Part shown: positions 1 to 9,627 of the stretch, one piece after another
Layout of the letters: every line of letters begins with the position of its first letter
Position numbering within the stretch: position 1 is the first letter of the stretch
Source of the DNA: an uncultured Gemmatimonadales bacterium
GTDB lineage: Bacteria > Gemmatimonadota > Gemmatimonadetes > Longimicrobiales > RSA9
Assembly: GCA_963798085.1 (NCBI GenBank)
Contig: CAWCRS010000008.1
Coordinates: 448,001-512,000, forward strand
Direction: 5' to 3'
Length of the DNA: 64,000 nucleotides
Translations under genes and position numbers: made by a program
Notes under the pieces: generated by a model
The model's database searches: none
Told to the model about the DNA's origin: nothing
What the model saw: only the letters and a program-made list of their open reading frames with translations

Positions 1-1161
1 CTGGTCGTGGTCGAGGTCGCGCTCTCCGTCGTGCTGCTGACTGCCGCGACCCTGCTGCTGCGCAGCTTCGAGCGCCTGCGCGGTGAGGATTCGGGGTTCG
101 CGACAGAAGGTGCGTACATCCTGCGCCTGCAGTTCCCGCGCGGCCGTTTCCAGGAGCCGGCGCATCTGGTCGAGGTGATGCAGCAGGCGGAGGCCGGTCT
201 GCGGGCGCTGCCCGGCGTCACGGCGGTGGGTGCCATCAGCGCCTTCCCCACGCTGGACGGTGGCGATACCCGGCTCTATCCTGCGAATCATCCGCCGGCT
301 GATGAGACCGCCTGGCGCGGGGCCCAGATCCGCATGATAACAGAAGGTTACTTCGCGGCCATGCAGATCCCCCTGCTGCGCGGGCGCACGGTGCAGGCCT
401 CGGACGTCGCGGGCGGCCCGCCCGTGGTCGTGATCAATGACGTGCTGGCCCGGCAGTTCTTTCCCGCGGACGAGGATCCCATCGGGCAGGAGCTGCTGAT
501 CGGCATCGGGCAGCCCCTGCGCGCGCGCATCATCGGCATCGTGCGTGGCGTGCGCCAGTTCGGACCGGGCACGGCGCCGGTGGCGGAGTTCTACTTCCCG
601 GTGGCGCAGATGGCGTTCGTGAACAGCATGACCGTGGTGCTGCGGGCGCGGGGTTCGAGTGTGGCGCTGGCGGCGTCCGTGCGCGAGGCCATCAGACGGG
701 TGGACCCGGACCAGCCGGTGGCGCAGCTGCGGCCGCTGCCCGAAGTGATGGCCGCGGCGGTGGCGCAACCGCGCTTCCGCACGCTGCTGCTGGGCGTCTT
801 CGCCGGACTGGCCGTGCTGCTGGCAGCGCTGGGCGTGTATGGCGTGTTAGCGTGGACCGTGGCGCAGCGCACGCGCGAGATCGGCATCCGCCTGGCGCTG
901 GGCGCGCGCGCCGGCAGCGTGGTGGGCCGCGTCGTCGCCAACGGCATGCGGCTGGCCGGACTCGGCCTGGCGCTGGGCATCGCGGGCGCGCTGGCCGCGA
1001 GCCGCCTGCTGAGCAGCATGCTGTACCAGGTGCAGCCGCGCGACATGGCGTCCTTCACGCTCAGCGTGCTGCTGATCGGCGGAGTGGCACTGGCGGCGAG
1101 CGCGCTGCCGGCCCTGCGCGCGGCGCGCGTGCACCCGGTGGTGGCGCTGCGCGAGGACTGA
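1..1161 (+). CDS. MacB/FtsX-type duplicated orphan ABC permease (ADOP-like), 5' end outside window
   Basis: Frame open from base 1; motifs VVEVALSVVLL, GVYGVLAWTVAQRTREIGIRLALGA and C-terminal PALRAARVHPVVALRED typical of these permeases. Confidence 0.9.
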   Translation: MVVVEVALSVVLLTAATLLLRSFERLRGEDSGFATEGAYILRLQFPRGRFQEPAHLVEVMQQAEAGLRALPGVTAVGAISAFPTLDGGDTRLYPANHPPADETAWRGAQIRMITEGYFAAMQIPLLRGRTVQASDVAGGPPVVVINDVLARQFFPADEDPIGQELLIGIGQPLRARIIGIVRGVRQFGPGTAPVAEFYFPVAQMAFVNSMTVVLRARGSSVALAASVREAIRRVDPDQPVAQLRPLPEVMAAAVAQPRFRTLLLGVFAGLAVLLAALGVYGVLAWTVAQRTREIGIRLALGARAGSVVGRVVANGMRLAGLGLALGIAGALAASRLLSSMLYQVQPRDMASFTLSVLLIGGVALAASALPALRAARVHPVVALRED

Positions 1162-1267
1162 TCGGCGCAACGTCAACGGCACGCCGGCCGGACGTACGTT
1201 GCAGGCGACGACGTGACCTCGGCTGCGCGTGCGGTTGCTGCGCCCTGCGCGGCCGCTGACTACGGTG

Positions 1268-3961
1268 TCAGCGTTCCGTGCGCAGCGCGCTGGCCGGTGG
1301 AATGCGTGTGGCCCGGCCTGCGGGTACGAGGCACGCCAGGAACACCACCGCGAGCAGCAGCACAGTGGCGCCCGCATAGGTGAGCGGATCTGTGGGTTGC
1401 AGCTCGAAAAGCAGTGAGCCGAGGACGCGCGCGCCGGCGAGCGCCGCGCCCAGGCCCAGGGTGGCGCCGATGATGGAGGGTGCGAGTCCTTCACGAATCA
1501 CCATGCGCACCACGCGTCCGGCGCTGGCGCCCAGCGCGATGCGCACGCCGATCTCGCGCTGGCGCTGCGCCACCAGAAACGCCACCACGCCATAGAGTCC
1601 CACCGCGGCCAGCGCCACAGCCAGCGTGGCAAAGAGGGCGAGCAGCGCGAAGTAGAACGCCGGTCGCGCATTCTGCTCGTTGAAGGACTCGCTCAAGGTG
1701 CCCGCGTCACGCACCGGCATGTCGGGATCGAGCGCGTGCACCTGTGCGGGCACACTGGCGAGCGCGCTCGCCGGGTTCGCCGTGCGCAGCAGGAACGTGG
1801 GAAAGCTGGCGCCCGATTGGGCGAACGGCACGTAGACCTCGGGACTCGGCTGCTGTTTCAGATTCTCCGTGCGCACATCCTCGATCACGCCTACGATGGT
1901 GCGGGCATCGGGCTCGCGATACCCCATGGCCACACCCAGCGCCAGCGGTTTGCCGAGCGGATCCTCACCGGGAAAGAGTCGCTCCGCCAGCTTGCGATTC
2001 ACGATGGCCACGGGCAGTGCGCCGTTGCGATCCGCGGCCGTAAAGGCACGACCTGCTAACACGGCGACATCGAGTGTGCTGAAGAAGTTCTCGTCCACAA
2101 TGCGCAGTGCAGCCAATGGTGAGGTGCCCGGCTCGGGCGCAGGCCGGTCCGTGCGCCGCAGGCTGGACCAGAGCGAGCCATCGCTGAGCGGCGGGGCGAC
2201 CACGATCGCGACCTGGCGCACGCCGGGGAGCGCCTGCAGGCGCTGCTTCAGCTGATCCGCGAAGCCCACCGCCTGATCCGGGTTCGGATATTTCGCCTGT
2301 GACAGCGTGATGGAGAACCGTGCAATCCCGTCCACGGCAAAGCCCGGGTCGATGCGCTGCATGGCGGCAAAGCTGCGCAGCAGCAGGCCGGCGCCCACTA
2401 ACAGCATGAGCGAGAGCGCCACTTCCGCAATCAGCAGCAGCCCTCGACCGAAGCCCCGCCGGCTGCCGGCCGTGCGCCCGCTGTGCTCGCGCAACGTGCC
2501 CGCCACCAATGCGCGCGCCAGCTGCAGCGCGGGCACGAAGCCGAAAAGGAACGCGGTGAGAACGGTGAGGCCCACCGCGAACAGCAGCGCCGTGCCGTGC
2601 AGCCCGACCTCGCCGAGGCGGGGAATGTCATTGCGCGCGAGCAGCGGCAACGCGCGAATACCCACGCCGGCCAGGGCAATGCCGAGGGCGCCGCCGCACC
2701 CGGCCAGCACCAGGCTCTCGGTCAGCAGCTGCGCGATAATGCGCCGCCGTCCGGCGCCCAGCGCCACGCGCACCGCCAGCTCATCGCCGCGCCCGGCGCC
2801 GCGCGCGATCAGCAGGTTGGCCACATTGGCGCACGCAATCAGCAGCACCATGCCGACCGCGCCCAGCAGCACGAGCAGGGCGGCGCGCACGTCACCCACC
2901 ATCGTCTCCTGCAGTCCATCCAGTCCAATGCCACGATTCTTCACGGCGGAATACTCCGCGGAAAGGTGATCCGCGAGTGTGTGCATTTCCAGCTGCGCGT
3001 GGGCCAGCGTGATGCCGGGCGCGAGCCGGCCCACCGCATTGAGGTATACGCAGCCACGGCCGCAATTCTGGTCGTTGTTGCGCACGGCGAGCCAGAGACG
3101 CGCGTGCGACGGGTAGTCGAAGCCGCGCGGCGCCACCCCCACAATGGTGTGCTCCCGGCCGTTCAACTGGAGGGTGTGGCCCACCGCACTGCGGTCGCCA
3201 CCCAGCCGCTGCTGCCAGAACGCCCACGACACGACCACTCCTAACGGGCCGTTGGGAAGATCCTCCCGGTCGTTCAGCGCCCGGCCCAGCACGGGCTCGG
3301 CGCGGAAGACGCGGAAGAAGTCGGGCGTCACAATGGCGGCCTGCACGACTTCCGGCTCGCCCATTCCCGTCAGCGTGGGATTCTGTTCGGAGAACGCGGC
3401 CATCGACTCCAACGACTTCGCGGCTGCCTGCCAGTCCTTGAACACCACCGGCGAGACTGCGCCTCCCACCGGCGGCTGCGGATTGCGCCGATCGGTTTCC
3501 CACAGCAGCACCAGCCGGCTCGCATCGTCGTAGGGCAGGGAACGCAGCAGCACGCCTTCGACCACACTCCAGATGGCGGTGGTCGCGCCAATGCCCAGCG
3601 CCAGAGTCAGCACGGCAATGGCGGTGAAGCCGGGGCGGCGCCGCAGCGAGCGCAGCGCGAATCGCACGTCGTGGCGCAATGCATCCATGAATCGCTCTCC
3701 AGGCCGGCGCCGCGCTGACGCGGCGCTATCAATACCGAAGGGGCGAGGAAACGCGTCGCTCCAGCGTTCGCGCAGACCGCTGCGCAACACATCCAGGAAC
3801 CAGAGCCCGCTCACCCAGGCGACCGACCACCCGCCCCGTCTCGACGCGGCACGGATGTCATCCTGGAACAGCTGCTCCATCTCCACGCGGAAGCGCTGCC
3901 GCATGGCTGCGGGCTGCGCGTACAGCGCGAGGCGGAAGAGCGTGCGGGGCAGTGCGGGCAT
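1268..3961 (-). CDS. Duplicated orphan ABC permease (ADOP-like), 897 aa
   Basis: DVRFALRSLRRRPGFTAIAVLTLALGIGATTAI, VLLIACANVANLL, REIGVRIALGA, ending PASALRTER; directly downstream of a padR gene. Confidence 0.93.
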   Translation of the reverse strand: MPALPRTLFRLALYAQPAAMRQRFRVEMEQLFQDDIRAASRRGGWSVAWVSGLWFLDVLRSGLRERWSDAFPRPFGIDSAASARRRPGERFMDALRHDVRFALRSLRRRPGFTAIAVLTLALGIGATTAIWSVVEGVLLRSLPYDDASRLVLLWETDRRNPQPPVGGAVSPVVFKDWQAAAKSLESMAAFSEQNPTLTGMGEPEVVQAAIVTPDFFRVFRAEPVLGRALNDREDLPNGPLGVVVSWAFWQQRLGGDRSAVGHTLQLNGREHTIVGVAPRGFDYPSHARLWLAVRNNDQNCGRGCVYLNAVGRLAPGITLAHAQLEMHTLADHLSAEYSAVKNRGIGLDGLQETMVGDVRAALLVLLGAVGMVLLIACANVANLLIARGAGRGDELAVRVALGAGRRRIIAQLLTESLVLAGCGGALGIALAGVGIRALPLLARNDIPRLGEVGLHGTALLFAVGLTVLTAFLFGFVPALQLARALVAGTLREHSGRTAGSRRGFGRGLLLIAEVALSLMLLVGAGLLLRSFAAMQRIDPGFAVDGIARFSITLSQAKYPNPDQAVGFADQLKQRLQALPGVRQVAIVVAPPLSDGSLWSSLRRTDRPAPEPGTSPLAALRIVDENFFSTLDVAVLAGRAFTAADRNGALPVAIVNRKLAERLFPGEDPLGKPLALGVAMGYREPDARTIVGVIEDVRTENLKQQPSPEVYVPFAQSGASFPTFLLRTANPASALASVPAQVHALDPDMPVRDAGTLSESFNEQNARPAFYFALLALFATLAVALAAVGLYGVVAFLVAQRQREIGVRIALGASAGRVVRMVIREGLAPSIIGATLGLGAALAGARVLGSLLFELQPTDPLTYAGATVLLLAVVFLACLVPAGRATRIPPASALRTER

Positions 3962-3973
3962 GTGTGAGCCGCG

Positions 3974-4297
3974 TCAGGTGGGGCGGGTACGGCGGGCCAG
4001 CCGGTACCGGCGGGCCCAGGCAATGTCCTGCTCCAGCTGCTCGACTTCGCGCGCCACCTCGGCCCGGCCGCCGGCCGTCACGCGGTAGAAGCGGCGCACA
4101 TCCGTGCCGCTCTCCGTCACCTCATCGATCCAGCCGCGCGCCAGCAGCCGCCGGATCAATGTGTAGAGCGTGCCCGGCCCCAGGTGCACCGCGCCCTGCG
4201 TGCGCTCCGCCACCGCGTCGCGGATGGCAGCGCCGTGCATGGCGCCGGCGAGCAGGGCCAGCAGGATCTGGAATTCGGAGACGGGCAGTCGTTCCAT
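3974..4297 (-). CDS. PadR family transcriptional regulator
   Basis: 107 aa; ILLAL..GAMHG, GPGTLYTLIRRL...GWI, RRFYRVTAGGR winged-helix motifs. Confidence 0.92.
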   Translation of the reverse strand: MERLPVSEFQILLALLAGAMHGAAIRDAVAERTQGAVHLGPGTLYTLIRRLLARGWIDEVTESGTDVRRFYRVTAGGRAEVAREVEQLEQDIAWARRYRLARRTRPT

Positions 4298-4310
4298 GGG
4301 TGGGGTCCTG

Positions 4311-4342
4311 GTTATCGACGGTCGTTATCGACCGTCGATAAC
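4311..4342. promoter_or_regulatory. Perfect inverted repeat, candidate PadR operator
   Basis: GTTATCGACGGTCG-TTAT-CGACCGTCGATAAC (14-bp arms), containing the palindrome GTTATCGAC-C-GTCGATAAC, just upstream of the padR start. Confidence 0.7.
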
Positions 4343-4399
4343 TAACGGAACCCGACCCGTGCGGCAACCGCGGCGGGACGGACGGCGCGCGCGCCGGGT

Positions 4400-6022
4400 T
4401 CAGTCACGGCTGCTGGCGGGCGCCGCAGCCTCGCCCAGCGCCCAGCTGTAGAAAGCGCGTACATCGGTGGTGAGCTGCTGCCGTGCCGACTTCTCAATGT
4501 ACATCATGTGTCCGGCGGGATAGTAGGTCAGGCGGACGCGGTCGAGCAGCTTCGGGTCGCCGCCCAGGTGCGCGAACGTGTACTCGGTGGCGCCGAAGGG
4601 CGTGGCCATGTCGAACCAGCCGTTGGCGACGAGCACGTGCAGGTGGGGGTTCTGCGTCATGGCGGCGCGCAGGCGTTCGGCCACGTTGATGCTGTTGAGG
4701 TTGGTGTAGCCGGCGGAATCCCCGCCCCAGTTCCAGGGCTGCACGCGCCCGCCCAGCAGCTCGTAGGTGAGATCGTTGTGGTAGCCCAGCTCGTCGCGCA
4801 CGTAGTTGTTGAGCACGGCCGAGAACGGACCCTGGATGGCGGCGTAGCTGGGATCGTACTCGGGGCCTTCGCCGGCCATGTCGCGGTCGCGGCCGAGGAA
4901 GCGGGCATCGAGGCGGCCAATGGTGTGACCGTCGGCGCGCTCCAGCTCCTTGAAGAAGTGGGTGTCCGTGACGCGCAGGTCGGATTCCTCGAGGAAGCTC
5001 TCGCTGAGACCGGTGAAGCGCGCGAGCTGCGCCCTGATGCGCTGGCGCTCTGCAGCGGGCAGTCGGCTGCCCATCATGAGTGCGTGATTGTAGTCGCCCA
5101 TCGCGAAGGCGCGCGCCTGCTGCACGGCGGCCTCGAGTCCGGCGCTCTGCAGTTCGGCGGGCAGTTTCTTGTGATACCACGCGACCGCCGTGTACGAGGG
5201 CAGGTAGAGTGCATACGGGAGGTCGTGTCCGACGGCGAACTCGAGTGTTTTCAGGTCCAGCACGGACGAGATGAGCGTGATGCCGGTGACGTACATGCCG
5301 TGGCGCTGCTGCAGGTAGTTGCCCACGCCGGCGGAGCGGAAGGTGCCGTAACTCTCGCCCGCGAGGAACTTGGGCGAGGGCCAGCGCTGGTAGCGCGTGG
5401 TGTAGAGGCGAATGAAGTCGCCGACGGAAGCGATGTCCTCCTCGATGCCCGTGAACTGGCTCTTGTCCTGACCGGCCGCCGGGCGGGAATAGCCTGTTAG
5501 GACGGGGTCGATGAAGACGAGGTCCGTGAAATCCAGCCAGGTGTCGGTGTTGTCGACGAGCCGGTACGGTGCGGGCAATGCGTCGCCTTCATCCGACAGG
5601 AGTACGCGACGCGGCCCGAGCGCGCCCATGTGCAGCCACACGGAGGATGATCCGGGACCGCCGTTGTAGGCGAAGGTAATGGGTCGGTGCGCGGCGTCGG
5701 CGACGCCATCCAGCGTATACGCCACGAAGAAGATGCTGGCGCGCAGCTTTCCATCCTCGTCCTTCATGGGCAGCACGCCGGCCCGCGAGGTGTAGCGCAG
5801 AACACGGCCGTTGAGAGTGATCTGGCGGTGTCCTTCGACAATGGTGGTGTCGGCGGGCGAGGCGGCCGGCGTCGCGGCCGGCGCAGGCGGCGCCTTCTGC
5901 TGTTGCGCGGCGGCGCTGCCGGCGAGCGTGGCGAGGGCGAGCAGCCAGGCGCCGGCGTGCCGCGTCCGGCGATGGCGGCGGGCGACTGCGTGCGGGGTGG
6001 ACGCGATGCGGTGGTCGTTCAT
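4400..6022 (-). CDS. Secreted S10 family serine carboxypeptidase
   Basis: FAYNGGPGSSS, DLVFIDPVLTGYS, nucleophile motif GESYG, GHMMY; signal peptide; ATG at 6022 preceded by a GGAGA RBS. Confidence 0.92.
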   Translation of the reverse strand: MNDHRIASTPHAVARRHRRTRHAGAWLLALATLAGSAAAQQQKAPPAPAATPAASPADTTIVEGHRQITLNGRVLRYTSRAGVLPMKDEDGKLRASIFFVAYTLDGVADAAHRPITFAYNGGPGSSSVWLHMGALGPRRVLLSDEGDALPAPYRLVDNTDTWLDFTDLVFIDPVLTGYSRPAAGQDKSQFTGIEEDIASVGDFIRLYTTRYQRWPSPKFLAGESYGTFRSAGVGNYLQQRHGMYVTGITLISSVLDLKTLEFAVGHDLPYALYLPSYTAVAWYHKKLPAELQSAGLEAAVQQARAFAMGDYNHALMMGSRLPAAERQRIRAQLARFTGLSESFLEESDLRVTDTHFFKELERADGHTIGRLDARFLGRDRDMAGEGPEYDPSYAAIQGPFSAVLNNYVRDELGYHNDLTYELLGGRVQPWNWGGDSAGYTNLNSINVAERLRAAMTQNPHLHVLVANGWFDMATPFGATEYTFAHLGGDPKLLDRVRLTYYPAGHMMYIEKSARQQLTTDVRAFYSWALGEAAAPASSRD

Positions 6023-6359
6023 GAGCCGTCTCCATTCGGGCGCGCGGCGACGTGCCGGCGCGGGCTGCGGCGAGCACAGCGGGCAAGATCGTGGCGCGCA
6101 CGCCGCTGAACAAGTCGGCGCGCAGTAACGGGAAGGGCGTCCATCCCGCGCCGGCATCGGCTCACCAGACGGGCCGGCGAGGAGGCGATCATGATGGCCA
6201 TTGTTCCCCGCGCGGCGGCGGGTGCGCGCAGGCGGGCCAGGTCGGGCGCACCGTGCGCGGCGCCTGCGGACCGTGTACCTTGGCGGCGGCATTCGCAGTG
6301 AGCCGGCAGGGACGGAGCTGCTGCGAGAACCGGCCGCACCAATCGTCGGGAGACTGCGC

Positions 6360-8619
6360 ATGCGTTTCGCCATCCTGCTTGTTTCGGCGTGGGCCGGCAT
6401 GGCCGTGCCCGTCCGAGCGGTTGCACACGAATTGCCCGTCCCGTCGTCCGTTGCCATGGACACGCTGCGCGGGCGGGTCAGCGACGCGCAGGGTCAGCCG
6501 GTCGCAGGCGCGCGCGTCACGCTCATCGAGCTGAGTGGTGCGGCCGTCACCAATGCGCAGGGCACATTCGCGTTCTCCGTGCCGCGGGGGCGCTACACGC
6601 TGGTCGTGGAGCGTGCCGGATACGGCTCGGCCACACAGACCGTCACCGTGCCTGCGTCGAGTGTCGAGCTGACGCTGAGCACGAGTCCGCTGCGGCTGGA
6701 TCCGGTGAACATCACCGCGACGCGTTCGCCAGCCGGCGCGGGTAACTCGCCGCTGCCGGTCACGATCATGGGGGAAGATCGGCTGCGCCGCGAACACAGT
6801 GTGTCACTGGCGCGCGCGGTTTCCCGACTCGCGGGTGTGCACGCGGTGAGCACGGGCGAACAGATCGGCAAGCCCATGCTGCGCGGACTTTCGGGCCCGC
6901 GTGTCCTGGTGCTGGAGAACGGGCACCGGCTGGAGGACTACTCGTGGAGCGATGAGGATGGGCCCTCGGTGGAGTCGCGGCTGGAGCAGCGCATCGAGGT
7001 CATTCGCGGACCGGCCAGCGTGCTCTACGGCTCGGATGCCATCGGCGGCGTGATCAATGCACTGCCGCCGGCGTTGCCGGATGCGACGGCGCGTGGTTCC
7101 TTCAGTCGCGCCGACGCCGAGGTGTATGGCGCCTCCAACAACACGGAAGTGGGCACCGCGCTGCGCTACGAGGGTGCCTCGGGCAGCCTGGGCTGGCGCG
7201 GCTTCCTGGTGGGCCGTTTCGCGGAAGATCTGAAAACGCCGGCGGGAAAACTCGATAACACGGGGTTTGGCGCCTTCAATGGCGAACTGATGGTGGGCAA
7301 GCGCTCGCGCGCGGGCACCTCCACCCTGCGCTACTCACGCTACGCCGGCGAATTCAAGCTGCTGGAAGCGAGCGGACCGCCGCCGGGGACGCAGCAGGCG
7401 GAAGAGGAAGGCGGGCCGGAGCGCAAGCTGGCCGACGATCGCCTGCAGTATGACGGCAACTATCTGATCGGGCGCTATCGACTGGAGACCAAGGCGCAGG
7501 CGCAGCGACACTTCATTGCGGAAGTGTCCGATGATCTGTCCCAGGGCGGGAACACGATCGAGACGGAGGTCTTCAACCTGGTGCTCGGCACCTACACGGC
7601 CGACGTGCTGCTGCACCACGCCAGCGATCGCCTGGCGGGTACCGTGGGCGTTTCCGGCTTCTACCAGAACAACGACACGCGCGGACTGGTGCCACTGGTG
7701 CCGGACGCGCGCACCGGCTCGGTCGCCGGTTTCGCCTTCGAGCAGTGGACCATGGGCCGGCTGAGCCTGCTGGGGGGCGGCCGGGTCGAGCACCGCAACG
7801 TGGACGCCGCTGCAAACACCACGTTAGCGCTGACGGCACAGAAGCGCGCCTACAACGTGGGCGTGGCCAATGGCGGCGCGGTGCTGCGCGTGACGCCGGC
7901 GGTGGCGCTGACGGGCAACGTGGGCCGTGCCTGGCGCGCGCCCAATCTGTTCGAGATGTTCGCCAACGGCCCCCGCCTGGGTGAGGCGAGGTACGAGGTC
8001 GGCGATCCCCGCATGACGCCGGAAACCAGTCTGAATCTGGATGGCGGCATCCGGGTCGAGAGCGGCAATGTGCGCGGCGAGCTGTCCGCCTACCACAACA
8101 GGATCAACGACTTCATCTACGTGACGCCCACCTCGCAGTTCATCGATGGCCTGCGCGTCTTCCGCTACCTGCAGGGTGACGCCACGCTGGTGGGCGGTGA
8201 AGCCTCGCTCGAGGTGCAGCCGATACCGGAACTGACACTGCGCGGCCGCTACGATCGCGTGCGCGGCGACAATGACCAGACCGGCGAGCCGCTGCCGCTG
8301 ATCCCGCCCATCTACGGCGGGCTGGAAGCCGAGGTGCGGCCGCAACTGAGCTGGGCGGCGCAGCCCTACTTCGGGGTGGAGTCCGGAGATGGTGGCGGAC
8401 AAGACACGCATTGCCACCGACGAGGAGGAACTCGGCGGCTACACGCTATTGCACTTCGAAGCCGGCGCTGCGTTCCAGGTCGGGCCTCGCCAGCTGCGCG
8501 TGGATCTGCGCCTGCGCAACGCCACCAACCGGCAGTACCGCAATTTCCTGAGCCGCTACAAGGAGTTTGCCGACGATCCGGGCCGCAACATCGTGGTCCG
8601 TCTCTCGATCGGCCATTGA
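6360..8619 (+). CDS. TonB-dependent receptor with N-terminal carboxypeptidase-regulatory-like domain; 1-bp frameshift near 8384
   Basis: LDPVNITATR, RIEVIRGPASVLYGSDAIGGVIN plug motif, RAWRAPNLFEMF; the terminal strands (NATNRQYRNFLSRYK..DPGRNIVVRLS) are in a different frame (8389-8619). Confidence 0.88.
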
Positions 8620-8625
8620 CGACGT

Positions 8626-8666
8626 GCGCAGCCCGCCCCGTTCACGACGGCGGCAGCGGGCTGCGC
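8626..8666. terminator. GC-rich hairpin after the TonB-dependent receptor
   Basis: GCGCAGCCCGC ... GCGGGCTGCGC 11-bp stem; no U tract, so the terminator role is uncertain. Confidence 0.35.
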
Positions 8667-8715
8667 CGGCGCCGCCCGATGATCGAGTCACGAGTCACGC
8701 GGAGGTGCGCGCGCG

Positions 8716-9603
8716 ATGGTTGATGGGTGGCTGGGGAGGGCGAAGGATCAGCTGCTGCACGGCCGCTGGCTGACGGAGTTCACGGAACGGGCGCGGTTCG
8801 AGCTGCTGCATCCGCCCGACGGTCCCGTGATCGACGTGCACGCGATGGCCGGCGCGGGCGCGGCGGCTGTGCATGACGCGCTGCTCGCGCACTATCCCCG
8901 CTCCTCCATCTATCACACCTGTTATCTCAGCCAGCCCACCATTCGTGAATTCCATGAGCGCTACGCCCGCCTGCACGAGAACACGCACGGCGCCAGCGGT
9001 CTGGACGAGGAATTCCTCGCGGCGCGTTATCTGGCCGGCGCGCTGCACCGCGGTGTGCGCGCGAAATGGCGGGTTGTCACTCTCGTGCGCGAGCCCGTGA
9101 CGCGGACCATCGCGGCGTTCTTCCGGCGGTTCCCGCTCAACCATCCCGGGCTGGATGCGCATTTCCATGAGGATCCGGACAATGCGGGGAGGCTCATCGA
9201 GCTGTTCCTCGATCCCGGCGAGCAGGAGCGGCAGGTGATCTCCGAGTGGTTCGATCGCGAGGTGAAGGCGACCCTGGACATCGAGGTGTTCGCCTCGCCG
9301 TTCCCCGTCGCCGACGGCTGTGCGACCTTCCATTCGGCCGTGTGCGACCTGCTGCTGCTGCGTTACAAGGACCTGGGGACGCGCGGCGGCGAAGCGCTGC
9401 GCCGCTTTCTGGGCGCCGAGGCGCTGGAGGTTACGACCGCGGCCGGCGACGTGGAGCCCTGGGCGGAAGCACGCGAGCGCTTCGAGGCGGAAATCCAGCT
9501 GCCCCCGGCCTGGCTCGATGCCCTGCTGGAGTCACATTTTGCCCGCCACTTCTACACACCGGACGAACGCGCCGCATTCCGGGCGCACTGGTCCCGCGAC
9601 TGA
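8716..9603 (+). CDS. Putative capsular polysaccharide synthesis / sulfotransferase-fold protein (NKWYS-like)
   Basis: WRVVTLVREPVTRTIAAFF, EWFDREVKATLDIEVFASPFP, LLLLRYKDL, ESHFARHFYTPDER match this family as I recall it. Confidence 0.65.
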   Translation: MVDGWLGRAKDQLLHGRWLTEFTERARFELLHPPDGPVIDVHAMAGAGAAAVHDALLAHYPRSSIYHTCYLSQPTIREFHERYARLHENTHGASGLDEEFLAARYLAGALHRGVRAKWRVVTLVREPVTRTIAAFFRRFPLNHPGLDAHFHEDPDNAGRLIELFLDPGEQERQVISEWFDREVKATLDIEVFASPFPVADGCATFHSAVCDLLLLRYKDLGTRGGEALRRFLGAEALEVTTAAGDVEPWAEARERFEAEIQLPPAWLDALLESHFARHFYTPDERAAFRAHWSRD

Positions 9604-9627
9604 TTCCTGACATGGCGTTAGTACAGC

